Part shown: positions 13,761 through 26,640 of the stretch, in pieces | How the letters are laid out: each line of letters opens with the position of its first letter | Numbering within the stretch: the stretch's first letter is position 1 | The notes under the pieces: generated by a model | Told to the model about the DNA's origin: nothing | What the model saw: only the letters and a program-made list of their open reading frames with translations | Database searches by the model: none | Translations under genes and position numbers: made by a program | Source of the DNA: Eledone cirrhosa | Taxonomy: Eukaryota | Direction: 5' to 3' | Assembly (NCBI GenBank): GCA_964016885.1 | Contig: OZ024742.1 | Span: forward strand, 146,568,001-146,632,000 | DNA: 64,000 nucleotides

Positions 13761-14078
13761 ATCAATATTGATGGTGAAATTTTCTATAGCAACCCTTCTT
13801 TGACACTCTTACAACTCAATGGAAGGAATATATGATATTTTACAGCATCTACAACTAAATGATTTATTGATATTGTTCCTACTGATGCAACCAAATAAAG
13901 AATTACACAATTACTCAGTTCGTAGGTACCACCCAAGGCATGAATATGGATTTCCCAGTATGATAACTACTCAAGAGATAACTCAGAGACAGCTACAGTA
14001 ACAGATCTATTTGATATGGACATCAACTTTGATGACTTGAGTTCAAATGGACAACTTACTTTACAGTATCATCAAAAG
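13761..14078 (+). pseudogene. Candidate pseudo-exon of an unknown protein
   Basis: Bounded by TTCTCAG and GT, 318 nt; one protein-like frame INIDGEIFYSNPSL...DLFDMDINFDDLSSNGQLTLQYHQK with five stops. Confidence 0.3.
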
Positions 14079-14197
14079 GTTGCAGTTTTGTTTTGTTTTG
14101 TTTTTATTTTGTTTTGTTGCTGTTGTTCTTGTTTTGCTTTCATCAGAATAAGTAAAATATTCTTGTGAGAATTTAATAAAGACTTATCAGATATTAT

Positions 14198-14335
14198 AGC
14201 TTCATCATCATTATCATCATCATCATTGTTGTCATTGTAAACATTATCATCAGTAACTTCATCATTATCATCATTATCATTCTCTTCATCATCATCATTG
14301 TCATGATCATCATTGACATCATCATCCTCACCATC

Positions 14336-14366
<31 letters not shown>

Positions 14367-14500
14367 CCATCATCCTCATCACCATCATCATCATATCACC
14401 ATATCATTGTCTCCATCATCTTCAGTAACTGCAGCAGCACTATCATCATCATTGCCACCACCATCATCATAATCATTAGCATCATCAATATCATCATCAT
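14198..14500. repeat. Degenerate (CAT)n microsatellite forming the tail of a SINE relic
   Basis: Visible directly; abuts SINE remnant ~14500-14740(-). Confidence 0.9.
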
Positions 14501-14769
14501 TTTAAGTCTGCTTCCCATACTGGCATTGGTTGGATGGGTTGTTGCAGTCCAAGTCAGATCCTATTCAAAGTTACTGCCCTTTTCGATGGGCTGGTAAACC
14601 CCAGCTTGCTCATACATTCCAGTCTTGGCATGATTTCTATGGTTCCATACTTGTCCTAACACCAACCACTTTACAGATTGTACAAGGTATATTTTACACC
14701 AACTCCAGAGAAGTTGTTTACCCTCGGCAAGACTAATGAGTCCTTTGTTTTAGGATTTGTTTAGCTTAA

Positions 14770-15005
14770 CCCTTTTGATGCCAACCCACTTAAAAACTGT
14801 CTCTGGTTGTATGAAACAAAACCACTCATTTTAAAGGATTCTTATTGAAATAAAAAATGTCCAATATAACTTGATATAAAAACCTTTTGTTAAATCATCT
14901 TATAAATACTATTGAAATAATTGCTAATTTTTGTAAATCCTTTCAAATTTGTTATTAGTTAATTCAAAAACAGTGTATTTCATAAGAAATATGGTCATGA
15001 AGGGG
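14770..15005. mobile_element. piggyBac-like MITE
   Basis: TTAA-CCCTTTTGATGCC...GGTCATGAAGGGG-TTAA: CCC/GGG termini with TTAA TSD. Confidence 0.65.
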
Positions 15006-17184
15006 TTAAGGATATGTGATTGCAATGTGTTACAATGACAGTTGGTCACCTGATATATCACTCTGATCTAAAGAGAGTTTAAAATAACAAACATGTCTAC
15101 ATAAGCACAAAACACCAATAAAGTGTTGTATATTTTGTGCAGTTGTAAGACTTAGTGGCTAAGTTGTTGGACTCACAATCCCAATGTCATGGTTTTCATT
15201 ACTTGACTAGGTGTCATGTTGTGTTCTTAAACAAAATACTTCATATGTTGATCCAGTTGACTCAACTGAAAAATAGTACCAACAGCAGCAACAGTTGAGG
15301 GCTAAGCCTGTGATGGACTGGTGTCCCATCCAAGACAGTCATATACTCTTAGTCATTTATCGCCAATAAGAGAAAGGGTATCCAACCATAGAAAACCTGC
15401 CAAGCAAAGGGTCAAGAAGACCCTTTAGCTGTATCAAAAATATAACAACCTCCCCAATGTTAGTGTCATGATAAAATACACTCAGTTGAGTATGGGATCG
15501 TATGTATGTGAGATATAAGCCCCCAGCTAATCAGGGAGGTCAATAGCCCTGCTTTAGTATTGACTTGGTCTGTGAAAACCTGTCCAACTCTTGCTAACAA
15601 GGAAAGCAGACGTTAAATGATGATGATGATGAAACTTGGATAAACTCCAACTTGATGATCATTTGTATTAGGGACAGATAATACAGGTACCAAAATTGAA
15701 CCTTAAGTCACATGACTTGATAAGATTCCTACCTTCATCAAAGGAGATTGACCTTTGAGAAAAGAATGTAACCATTCCAAATTGAAACCACAGTTCCCAA
15801 TATCATTTCAAAGAATATCAATAATCATTAATATTAAAATCAATAGATAGATAAATTAATAAAACAGATAAGATTAGTTGAGATAAAAATATTTAGTCAT
15901 TGATAATTTTTTGTAAATATTATGATTCATTTAAATGTGTTCTTTATCAGATAGATCTTTAATATACCTCACGTCATTAAAATTATATATTTAATGGAAT
16001 GAATTATGAAAAGCAAATTAGAAACAGATCAGACTGGTAGAGCCCATTCTTCTCTGGGCTTCACCATGACTGATATTCTCCAACTAGGTAGACTGCTATA
16101 CTACCTCAATTTAAATAATGATTTGAACAATACACTACCAACCCTGCTACATAAAGAATACAAAATAACTATAGTCATCATTTGCAATTGAGTATGACTT
16201 AGTAGTGTGTACCCTGCTTTTGTTGAGAGTTTTAGTTGCAGGCACACTCTTAACTCTCTTTTCCTTGTTGCAGTGGAACACACAAGATGTGACAGCTAGA
16301 AGAAGAAAGAGAAAGAGACAGAGAGCTGCACTGGTACTTTCTTTTTGAACCTTGAAAGAATGGTAAATAAAAATCAACCCATTGAGATTTGAACTCCAAG
16401 AACTGGAACAAGTATCCAATGTTCTAACAGCTGCCAAATAAACCACCTATATGCAACAGTTGTCTAATAGAAAATATTTATATATAAATATAAAATTGAT
16501 ATGTAAGTAGTGTACTCCTTACAGAAGTAGCAACTTTTATTGCACTAAATGTTTAATATATATACTGAATACTTCATTGTAAAAACTGTGTGGACCTGGT
16601 TTAGAAAGGTGATGATTTGGCGGAGTCATTGGAACATTATCTAGAATGCTTTTCAGCATTTGTTCTGGTTCTCTGTTTTTTTAGTTCAAACCTCGCTGAG
16701 GTCAACTTTGCCTTTCTACCATTCAAGGTCAATATAAAAATACCACTCCAGTACTGGGGTTGATTTATCTTCTCTGTCTCTTCTCACATCCTCTTTATCA
16801 CTCTCTCTCGCCTTCTCTGGATGAAATTGGTTGTGTTCAGACCTGGAGAGAAGATGGGTTCTACCAGATTTAAAGTGCCCAAGAAACATCATATCTTGAT
16901 GCCCATACAACAGAAGTTATGGGTCCATACACACATACATAATGCATACATCGAGTTTAGAATATGTATACTATATGCTTGCATGTTCTTAGAGGCAATT
17001 TAACACTTTTGTTACCATATTTTTAATAAAAGACAATGCTTATGTTTTTTAGAATAATTTTGAAAATAATTAAGAATTTGGAGGGATTTATTATTATAAT
17101 TAACTTTGATATTATTTAGTTGGTGTGTGGAACAAAACTTAATGCAAGTTCTTTCATAAAACTATGATGAAAGGTTTTTAGATA

Positions 17185-17497
17185 AATGAGAAGCTGGTTT
17201 TAAGAGGAATCTGAGGTGGTGTGCAGGAGAGAAGACTATGTTGCTATGGACATGTGATGCACATGGACAATATCCAAGGGGTGAAGAAATGCCAGGAAAT
17301 CCCAGTGGAAGGAAAATACAATAGAGGATGACCAAGAAATCCCTGGGCAAAGCTTGTGAGAGGTGACATCAAATCACTAAGACTGGCAGAGGAGATGATG
17401 AAGGGATCCGACAAGTGGTGACATACTGTGCTGAGAAGCACCCGTCCAATACATGCAAGCATGGAAAAGCAGATGTAAAAACAATGATGATGATGAT
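17185..17497 (+). mobile_element. RTE LINE 3' fragment
   Basis: VQERRLCCYGHVM...VKKCQEIPVEG, ending CATGCAAGCATGGAAAAGCAGATGTAAA(TGA)n; homologous to 23236-23600. Confidence 0.8.
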
Positions 17498-18224
17498 ATA
17501 TACTTTAAAATAAACGATTTTGTATCTTAAAACAGGGTCAGTTACAGGTGGTTTGGTATCATCATCCTCATTATCCTCATGAACATTTAACATCTATTTT
17601 TTTCACGATTGCAAGGGTTAGACAGACGAGACAAGTCAGGTCCAGAGATTACATCTTATTCATATGGATCTGTATTTTGACTTGGTTTCTACAGCTGGAT
17701 GCCCTTCCTAATGCTAATGACATTACTCAAAAGAGTTAATGAGTTAACACCCAAAAGGCCATTCAGCCCTAAACCATTGATTGAAAAATGATCCCATGGT
17801 CAGTATAATTAAGCCTGTCATATAACTTTCAGGGCTGACTCCTGCTATATAAGGAGACACGGCCTTAAGACATTTGTTGTTGTTATACCCCATAGTAAAA
17901 AATTGAAACAATGGAATTCAGTGTAAAAGACTGAAAGAACTTTCCTTAAATTGAGATGTGCACTTGATGTATATAAGGAATCATGTGTACTTTATATCTA
18001 AGAAATATATTTATTAATATGACACCTAAATATATTGATTTTGCTAGTAAGATAATATCTTGAAAGACAATAATAGAAGTACTTCCTTGTTGGAATGTTG
18101 GGATTGTTTTGTGTGTAGAGAGAAACTCCATGTTAGCTTGTTGCCAGAAATACACTCTGACTGACATTAAAAGGTGTTGGATAGATGTGTAGATGAATGG
18201 TGGAGTACAGGGAAGAATTTAGAG

Positions 18225-20925
18225 TGAATGGAATATAATGGAATGGATTAGAATGGAATAGAATATGATGAAATAGAATGGGATGGAATAGAAGGGGATG
18301 GGATGGAATAGAATAGGATGGAATAGAATAGAATGGATTAGAATGGAATAGAATGGGATGGGATAGAATGGAATGGGATTGGATGGGATGGGATGGGATA
18401 GGGTGGGATGGGATGGGATGGGGTGGGATGGGATGGGATGGGATGGGATGGGATAGGGTGGGATGGGATGGGATGGGATGGGATAGGGTGGGATGGGATG
18501 GGATGGGATGGGATGGGATAGGGTGGGATGGGATGGGATGGGATGGGATAGGGTGGGATGGGATGGGATGGGGTGGGATGGGATGGGATGGGATGGGATG
18601 GGATGGGGTGGGATGGGATGGGATGGGATGGGATGGGATGGGATGGGATAGGGTGGGATGGGATGGGATGGGATGGGATAGGGTGGGATGGGATGGGATG
18701 GGGTGGGATGGGATGGGATGGGATGGGATGGGATGGGATAGGGTGGGATGGGATGGGATGGGATAGGGTGGGATGGGATGGGATGGGATAGGGTGGGATG
18801 GGATGGGATAGGGTGGGATGGGATGGGATGGGATGGGGTGGGATGGGATGGGATGGGATGGGATAGGGTGGGATGGGATGGGATGGGGTGGGATGGGATG
18901 GGATGGGATGGGATGGGATGGGATAGGGTGGGATGGGATGGGATGGGATAGGGTGGGATGGGATGGGATGGGATAGGGTGGGATGGGATGGGATGGGATA
19001 GGGTGGGATGGGATGGGATGGGATAGGGTGGGATGGGATGGGATGGGATAGGGTGGGATGGGATGGGATGGGATAGGGTGGGATGGGATGGGATGGGATG
19101 GGATAGGGTGGGATGGGATGGGATGGGGTGGGATGGGATGGGATGGGATGGGATGGGATGGGATAGGGTGGGATGGGATGGGATGGGATAGGGTGGGATG
19201 GGATGGGATGGGATAGGGTGGGATGGGATGGGATGGGATAGGGTGGGATGGGATGGGATGGGATGGGGTGGGATGGGATGGGATGGGATGGGATGGGATG
19301 GGATAGGGTGGGATGGGATGGGATGGGATAGGGTGGGATGGGATGGGATAGGGTGGGATGGGATGGGATGGGATAGGGTGGGATGGGATGGGATGGGATA
19401 GGGTGGGATGGGATGGGATGGGATAGGGTGGGATGGGATGGGATGGGATAGGGTGGGATGGGATGGGATGGGATAGGGTGGGATGGGATGGGATGGGATA
19501 GGGTGGGATGGGATGGGATGGGATGGGGTGGGATGGGATGGGATGGGATGGGATGGGATGGGATAGGGTGGGATGGGATGGGATGGGATAGGGTGGGATG
19601 GGATGGGATAGGGTGGGATGGGATGGGATGGGATAGGGTGGGATGGGATGGGATGGGATAGGGTGGGATGGGATGGGATGGGATAGGGTGGGATGGGATG
19701 GGATGGGATAGGGTGGGATGGGATGGGATGGGATAGGGTGGGATGGGATGGGATAGGGTGGGATGGGATGGGATGGGATGGGGTGGGATGGGATGGGATG
19801 GGATGGGATGGGATGGGATAGGGTGGGATGGGATGGGATGGGATAGGGTGGGATGGGATGGGATAGGGTGGGATGGGATGGGATGGGATTGGATGGGATA
19901 GTATGGGATGGGATAGGATGGGATAGGGTGGGATGGGATGGGATGGGATGAGATAGAATAGAATGGGATGGAATGGGATGGGGGGATGGGATGGGATGAG
20001 ATGGGATGGGATGGGATGGGATGGGATAGAATTGGATGGGATGGGATGGCATGGGATGGGATGTGATGGGATGGGATGGGATGGTTGGGATAGAATTGGA
20101 TGGGATGGGGTGGGATGGGAAGGGAAGCCCATTTCATCCCATTCCATCCCATCCCATCCCATCCCATCCCATTCTATCCCATCCCACCACATCCCACCCC
20201 ATTCTATCGCATCCCATCCCATCCCATTCTATCCCATCCCATCCCATCCCGTCCCATCCCATCCCATCCCATCAAATCACATCCAATCCCATCCCATCCC
20301 ACCCCATACCATCCCATTCTATCCCATCCCATCTCATCCACTCCATCCCATCCCATCCAACCATCCCATCCCATCCCATTCTATCCCATCCCACCACATC
20401 CCTCCCCATTCTATCCCATCCCATCCCATCCCGTCCCATCCCATCCCATCAAATCACATCCCATCCCATCCCACCCCATACCATCCCATTCTATCCCATC
20501 CCATTCATCCAATCCCATCTCATCCCATTCTATACCATCCCATCTCATCCACTCCCATCCCATCCCATCCAACCATCCCATTCCATCCCACCCCATCCCA
20601 TCCCATCCCATCCCATCCCATCCCATCCCATCCCATCCCATCCCATCCCATGCCATCCCATCCCATCCCATTCTATCCCATCCCACCCCATCTCATTCTA
20701 TCCCATCCCATTCTATCCCATCCCACCCCATCCCATCCCATTCTATCCCATCCCATTCTATCCCATCCCACCCCATCCCATCCCATTCTATCCCATCCCA
20801 TTCTATCCCATCCCATTCTATCCCATCCCACCCCATCCCACCCCTTCCCATCCCATCCCACCCCATCCCATCCCATTCTATCCCACCCCATCCCATCCCA
20901 TCCCATCCCATTCTATCCCCATCCA
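18225..20925. repeat. Pentameric satellite (GGGAT)n that flips to (ATCCC)n at ~20125
   Basis: ~1.9-kb G-rich arm with GGGAT/AGGGT variants, then ~0.8-kb C-rich arm; left edge grades into (GGAAT/AGAAT)n. Confidence 0.95.
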
Positions 20926-20937
20926 GTAAATTCAGTA

Positions 20938-21050
20938 GCCTGTAATTGTCTCACTAGGAAAAGGACATCAGTGTTAATCTGCCCTGACATAAATTGGAAG
21001 TACATTTCATCAAAGCTAATCCTCTTCCTACTCAGTTGTGCCATAACTAA
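20938..21050 (-). mobile_element. RTE RT fragment
   Basis: AQLSRKRISFDEMYFQFMSGQINTDVLFLVRQLQ aligns with AQLIRERVKLDEMQFGFVPGKSTTDALFLVRQMQ in the 23882-25804 ORF. Confidence 0.7.
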
Positions 21051-21480
21051 CAAATAGAATGGTGAAGTGCTATCATCTCTGCAGACAAGTTCCAACATAC
21101 ATTATAAATATGACAATCTATAACACTTAATCTAATCTGAATGACACATTAAAGTGTTGCGTTTTATGTCTAAATTTTTTTTTGTATATGTTTATGCATT
21201 GTAAATAAACGGACCATCATCATTGCTAATCAGAATGATACATGCCGGGACAATGCGGGAGAATGTTCACTGACATGCAGAATCCCAGATGCATGCCACA
21301 TCATGGTCCCAGACAACAGAATAACTAGAATTTCCTTTGTTATTTTTTTATCTAACCTACTCCCTCACTATCTAACTCTTTCCCTTTACATCCATGATTC
21401 CTCATCCAACCCATGTCAGCATGAAAAATAGATGATGTGTTGTATTGTAAGTCGAAATCCTCTTTCTATATGTTCATGTA

Positions 21481-21677
21481 CGAGGGTCAGCTAAAAAGTT
21501 CATGGGCTGACTATGAAGGATTGATGCTAGACTGTGAAATCTTGCCTGCATTAATTTCAAATCTTCTTATTAATAACTGCATTGTTTCTTTCCTGGGACT
21601 ATGTTGAAAAATAAACCTCATTTGGTCATTCCATGAGATTATCTTGGTCAGTCTACGAACCTTTCAGCCGACCCTTG
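21481..21677. mobile_element. Tc1/mariner-like MITE
   Basis: TA-CGAGGGTCAGCTAAAAAGTTC ... GAACCTTTCAGCCGACCCTTG-TA: imperfect TIRs with TA TSD. Confidence 0.75.
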
Positions 21678-22049
21678 TATATATGTGTATGCAGTGGTGG
21701 ACTGGCCAGGTTGTCAGGTTGCCCAATGGCAAGTGGGCCCACCTTTGTAATTTAGGGGTCAATGTTTTTCTTTTAACTGTAGTATTTTAGGGGTCAATGT
21801 TTCCCTTTAAAAAAATGTTTTCCTTAAAAAAAAGTCTAAGAGAAAGTATAAAATTTAACAAAAAATAAATAAAACAATTAAGCAAAGCATTTGTCAACCA
21901 ATTCCCCAGGGAATTAATAGAAACTAAAATATATGATAGTGCAAATAGCTGGAATCAGTGGTTGTAGATTCTACTAAATTTAAAGCTTAGTGTATTCAAT
22001 CATGCATGCAAACATACATATATAGAGACACACACACAAGTATATATAT

Positions 22050-22084
<35 letters not shown>

Positions 22085-22458
22085 TTTACGTCCGCATTTC
22101 CCTGCTTGCAAGTGTAGGACGGGAACTGATTCTGGCTTGATTTCTACAGCTGGATGCCCTTCCTAACACCAACCTCATTTACTGTGAGTGCTGGGTGCTT
22201 TTTTTTTCATGGCACCTACATGTCCACTTTACAGAGTGGGCTGGTTGCTTTTTTGCCATGGCACCTCCACGACCACTTTGCAGTGGAATGATAGAGACCC
22301 TAGTCCAATCATTTCATTTCTACAGCTGAGTAAACTGGAGCAATGTGAAATAAAGTGTCTTGCTCAAGGAAACAACACATCACCTGGTCTGAGAATTGAA
22401 CTCAAAACCTTTCGATTGCAAGCCCAATGCTCTTCTAACCACTAAGCCATGCGCCTTC
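22050..22458 (-). mobile_element. Full-length tRNA-head SINE with CORE-like body and RTE tail
   Basis: Head GAAGGCGCATGGCTTAGTGGTTAG...GAGTTCAATTC, CCTTGAGCAAGACACTTTA, tail GCAAGCAGGGAAATGCGGACGTAAAA(TGA)n; sister copy 57417-57742. Confidence 0.85.
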
Positions 22459-22470
22459 ATATATATATAT

Positions 22471-22890
22471 TAGAAAGTGAGGTTTTTTTACAAAATGAAA
22501 AAAAACGAGGTGTCCTACACAAGTGAAAGTATAAGGAAAAAAGATGAAATCGAAAATGCAGCTGGAGTCTTTTTTTTTAAATATATTTATTTGGTTCTTT
22601 TACCGTTTTTGCAGTTCTTGAGATGGAGGGTTTCGCAGTAGAATTGAGATGGAGGGTTTGTGATATTTCTCGCATCTGATGTAAGAAAAACCACAAACCC
22701 TCCATCTCGATTCTACTTTTGAAAAGCACAAGAACTGCGAAAACGGTAATTGAACCAATTAAATATATTTAAAAAAAAAAGACTCCAGTTGCATTTTCGA
22801 TTTCATCTTTTTTCCTTATACTCTCACTTGTGTAGGACACCTCGTTTTTTTTTCATTTTGTCCCTACTGCATTATTTGGTCCCTACCAAA
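22471..22890. mobile_element. Fold-back solo pLTR of the Penelope-like family at 36076-38850
   Basis: Inverted arms ~22491-22677 / 22680-22860; right arm matches 38653-38825; hammerhead-like 3' half GCGAAAACGGTA. Confidence 0.75.
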
Positions 22891-23070
22891 TAATTGTTTC
22901 TACTTTAGGCACAAGGCCAGCAAATTACCCAGTACATTACTGGTACTTTATTTTATCGACCCCGTAAGGATGGAAGGCAAAGTTAACCTCGGCAGGATTT
23001 GAACTCAGACTGTAAAGGGACGTAACTGTGCTAGAAAGCATGGCGTCCAACCCTCTACCGATACTGCCAA
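22891..23070 (-). mobile_element. Nin/Deu-like SINE
   Basis: Same family as 12567-12750; TSD ACCAAATAAT. Confidence 0.85.
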
Positions 23071-23174
23071 ATCAACCAAATAATGCTTGGTATCAATGGG
23101 CAAAAGACATCGGTCAAATCAATTAGTGGTGAAGGTGGTGTGTATATATATATACAATGTCAATTAGATCCAGT

Positions 23175-23235
<61 letters not shown>

Positions 23236-23237
<2 letters not shown>

Positions 23238-26200
23238 TCATCATCATCATCATCATCATTTTACGTCCGCTTTTCCCTGCTTGCAAGGGTGGGACGGGTC
23301 TTATTCAGCACAGCATCTCTCCACTCGTCACGGTCCCTCGTCATCTCCACCGTGAGCTTCAATGATCTGAGGTCTGTTCTCACCACCTCCGCCCATGTTT
23401 TTCGTGGTCTACCTCTACCACGTCTTCCTTCAACTGGCATTTCCTGGTACTTCTTCACCCATCGGTCATCCTCCATGCGCATCACATGTCCATACCACCT
23501 CAGTCTCCTCTCCCGTACACTACATTCTATCCCTCTCAGACACAGTCTCTCTCTCAACATATTTATGCTGGGTCGTTCACGCACATTTACACTGCACATC
23601 CAACGGAGCATGCTTGCCTCATTTCTCTCCAGCCGTCGCATATCCTCTGCAGTTGTTGCCCATGTCTCACTACCATGCAGCATCGCGCTCCTCACACAGG
23701 CATCATACAACCGGCCTTTCGTACGCAGGGAGAAACCCTTCTTCGTCAACAGAGGAAGCAGCTCCCTAAACTTCTTCCAACCCGTCCTTATTCTAGATAC
23801 TATGGCCTCGGAACACCCTCCTCCCATGCTAATCTGATCTCCTAGGTACCGGAAGCTATCCACCACTTCTATAGCGCCCTCTTACATTTGAAAAATGTGT
23901 CTATCAGTGCGACTTCTACTGTCTAATTTCCCTGTACAACTACTGCATACATATTTCTCCCTACCTGTTAGTTTGCCTGCTATCCCGCTACATCTCTTGT
24001 GTACCCAGGATCTGCATTGTGTGCATTTTATAGAATTTATGCCAGTTCCTTTTCTGCATATCGAACATGGCCATTTCCCTGACGGAATCAGGGTTTTGTC
24101 CTCTTTTCTACTCATCAACACTTTTGTCTTAGCTAGATTCACTCTCAGTCCTCTTGCTTCCAACTGCTGTTTCCATAGCCATAATTTATTCTCTAGCTCC
24201 TCTACTGATTCTGCTATAAGAACCAGATCGTCAGCATAGAGAAGTTCCCATGGACAGCCAGTCTTAAACTCCTCTGTTATGGCTTGGAGGACTATAATAA
24301 ACAAGAGCGGGCTGAGGACCGAACCCTGATGTACTCCTACTTGTATCTGGAATTCCTCACTAAACTCCATTCCTACCCTGACTTTACTGAGAGTACCTAT
24401 GTACAAAGTTTGCACTGTCCTCACAAGCCATTCCTCAACACCTAGCTTCCTTAGGGACCACCAGATGACAGATCGGGGTACCCTATCAAAGGCCTTCTCT
24501 AGGTCAACAAAGGCTAAGTATAGTGGCTTATTCTTCTCTAAGAACCTCTCTTGCATTTGTCTCACCAAGAAGAGGGCATCTGTTGTACTCTTCCCAGGCA
24601 CAAAACCAAACTGCATCTCATCTAGTTTGACCCTTTCTCTAATTAGTTGTGCTAAAATCCTTTCTGCCACTTTCATAACCTGATCTATCAGTTTTATACC
24701 CCTATAATTGCTCCTCTCCAAACCATCCCCTTTACCTTTGTAGCAATTTATGAGAATACTGCTGCACCAGTCTTTGGGTATGACACCACCATATATAGCC
24801 TGATTGATGATGCGTGCAACCAGTTTAGTGCCTACGTCCCCTGATGCCTTCAGCATCTCAGCAACTATTCCCGATTGTCCGGCCGCCTTACCATTTTTCA
24901 TTTCCCTAATCGCCTCTTGGACCCTATATTCGTCAATCTCAATAGCTGGTCCCTCTGTCGGATCTACCAAGGGTAATTTCTCTCTCTCCCATTCGTTCTC
25001 CACATTCATCAGTCTCTCATAATGACATTTCCAGGCCTCCTTTTTCTGATCATTCGTGACACTAAGTACACCGGCATCATCCCGGACACATTTATCTCCA
25101 ACAACATCCTGATTTGCATTGACACACTGCCTTGCAATGTGGAACACCGCACGCCTCTGATCTTCCGGTCGCAGAACATTGGCAAACCTCCTACTCTCTG
25201 CCTCCCTGCGTGCTAAGTACACCTGACGTCTAGCTTCTCTCTTAGTGGCTGTATATTCTTCCCTACTGCCACCCTTTTTCCAAGCCTTCCATGCTAGTCT
25301 TTTGTCTCTAATAGCCTTATCTACTGTGCTGTTCCACCACCAGGTCACTCTCTGTCTGGTTGGAGCTCTGCTCCAGCCACAGGTTTCATCAGTAGCCTGC
25401 AGCAAGTTGTCACGTAAGAACTTCCAGTTATTATCTATGTCATACGTCTCTAAATCGTCTTCTTTTTCGTCATATACATCTTCAAGGGCTTTCCTAAATT
25501 TGTATTTTAGTGAAAGGTCTTTTAGCTTCCAGACCTTTCTTCTCCACACCTTCCTATATGTCTCATCCCATCTCTTGCTTACTGAGATATCACTAACAAC
25601 TAACCTATGCTGTGGGGTACATTCTTCCCCAGGGTATGCCTTGGTATTAGACACTATCTGCCTGTCCCGCTGCCTAACTAGCAGGAAGTCAATCTGGCTT
25701 ATGTGCTCACCAGATTTGTAGGTTATTAGGTGATTGGCAGGTTTCTGGAAGTTTGTGTTGCAAATAGTCAATGTACTCGCATCACAAAATTCAAGAAGTC
25801 TCACTCCTTCTTCATTTCTTGAACCGTAACCGTGCCCACCATGTACCCCACCATGTACCCCAGTGTAACCATCCTGGAGCTGTCCAGCATAACGTTGTCT
25901 CCGTCCTCTGTCATTGTGGTTGTTTGCAAAAGTTGCTCATAAAAGCAGTCTTTCTCATCTTTGCCTAGGCCTGCTTGGGGAGCATAGACCGAGATGATTG
26001 TCAGTAGTCTCCTGCCTACAACTAATCTAAGCTTAATTATTCGATTACTAACTCGAACTACCTCTATTGTCTTATTGATCCATTTCTCAGCCAGGAAAAT
26101 GCCTACTCCCCCTAACCCATCATCCTTACCTACCCAGAATAGCTTATAGCTAAGACGCTTGCCTACGACTAGTCTCGCAGAGGCACCTCTCCATCTCACC

Positions 26201-26260
26201 TCTTGCACGCAGCACACATCCACCTGCCTTCTCTCCAGCATCTCCGCTATTTCAGCAGAT
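23236..26260 (-). mobile_element. RTE-clade LINE (APE endonuclease + RT + PHD finger), 5'-truncated, frameshifted
   Basis: APE motifs CVQEVRW, SVYAPQ, SQIDFLL, QHRLV; RT motifs NYRGIKL, FVDLEKAFDRV, GVHQGSVLSPLLF, LLYADD; C4HC3 PHD; frameshifts near 25800-25870 and ~23880; (TGA)n tail. Confidence 0.95.
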
Positions 26261-26457
26261 CTACCTATATATATATATATACAATGTCAATTAAATCCCT
26301 AGGGATTTTTGTAGGAATTGAAAACATGTTATGTATACATATATATAAATCTATATATACACATGTACATGCACATACACACATTCCCATATATATATAA
26401 ATATATATATATATTGAGTGAGTGTGAAGACCAAAGGTCATTATTAAAAGTCTCTGG

Positions 26458-26640
26458 TTTGGCAGTATCGGTAGAGAGTCGGACACCATGCTTTGAAGCA
26501 TAGAATTACGTCCCTTTATGATCTGAGTTCAAATCCCGCCGAGGTTAACTTTGCCTTTCATCCTTACGGGGTTGATCAAATAAAGTACCAGTAATACACT
26601 GGCTAATTGTTGGCCTTGTGCCAAAAGTAGAAACAATTAT
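26458..26640 (+). mobile_element. Nin/Deu-like SINE
   Basis: Family match; TSD ATTATTAAAAGTCTCTGG. Confidence 0.9.

Noticed and set aside
18133-21057. 600+ aa PSHPI / GWDGM ORFs
   Set aside because: Translations of a pentamer satellite that is open in all three frames
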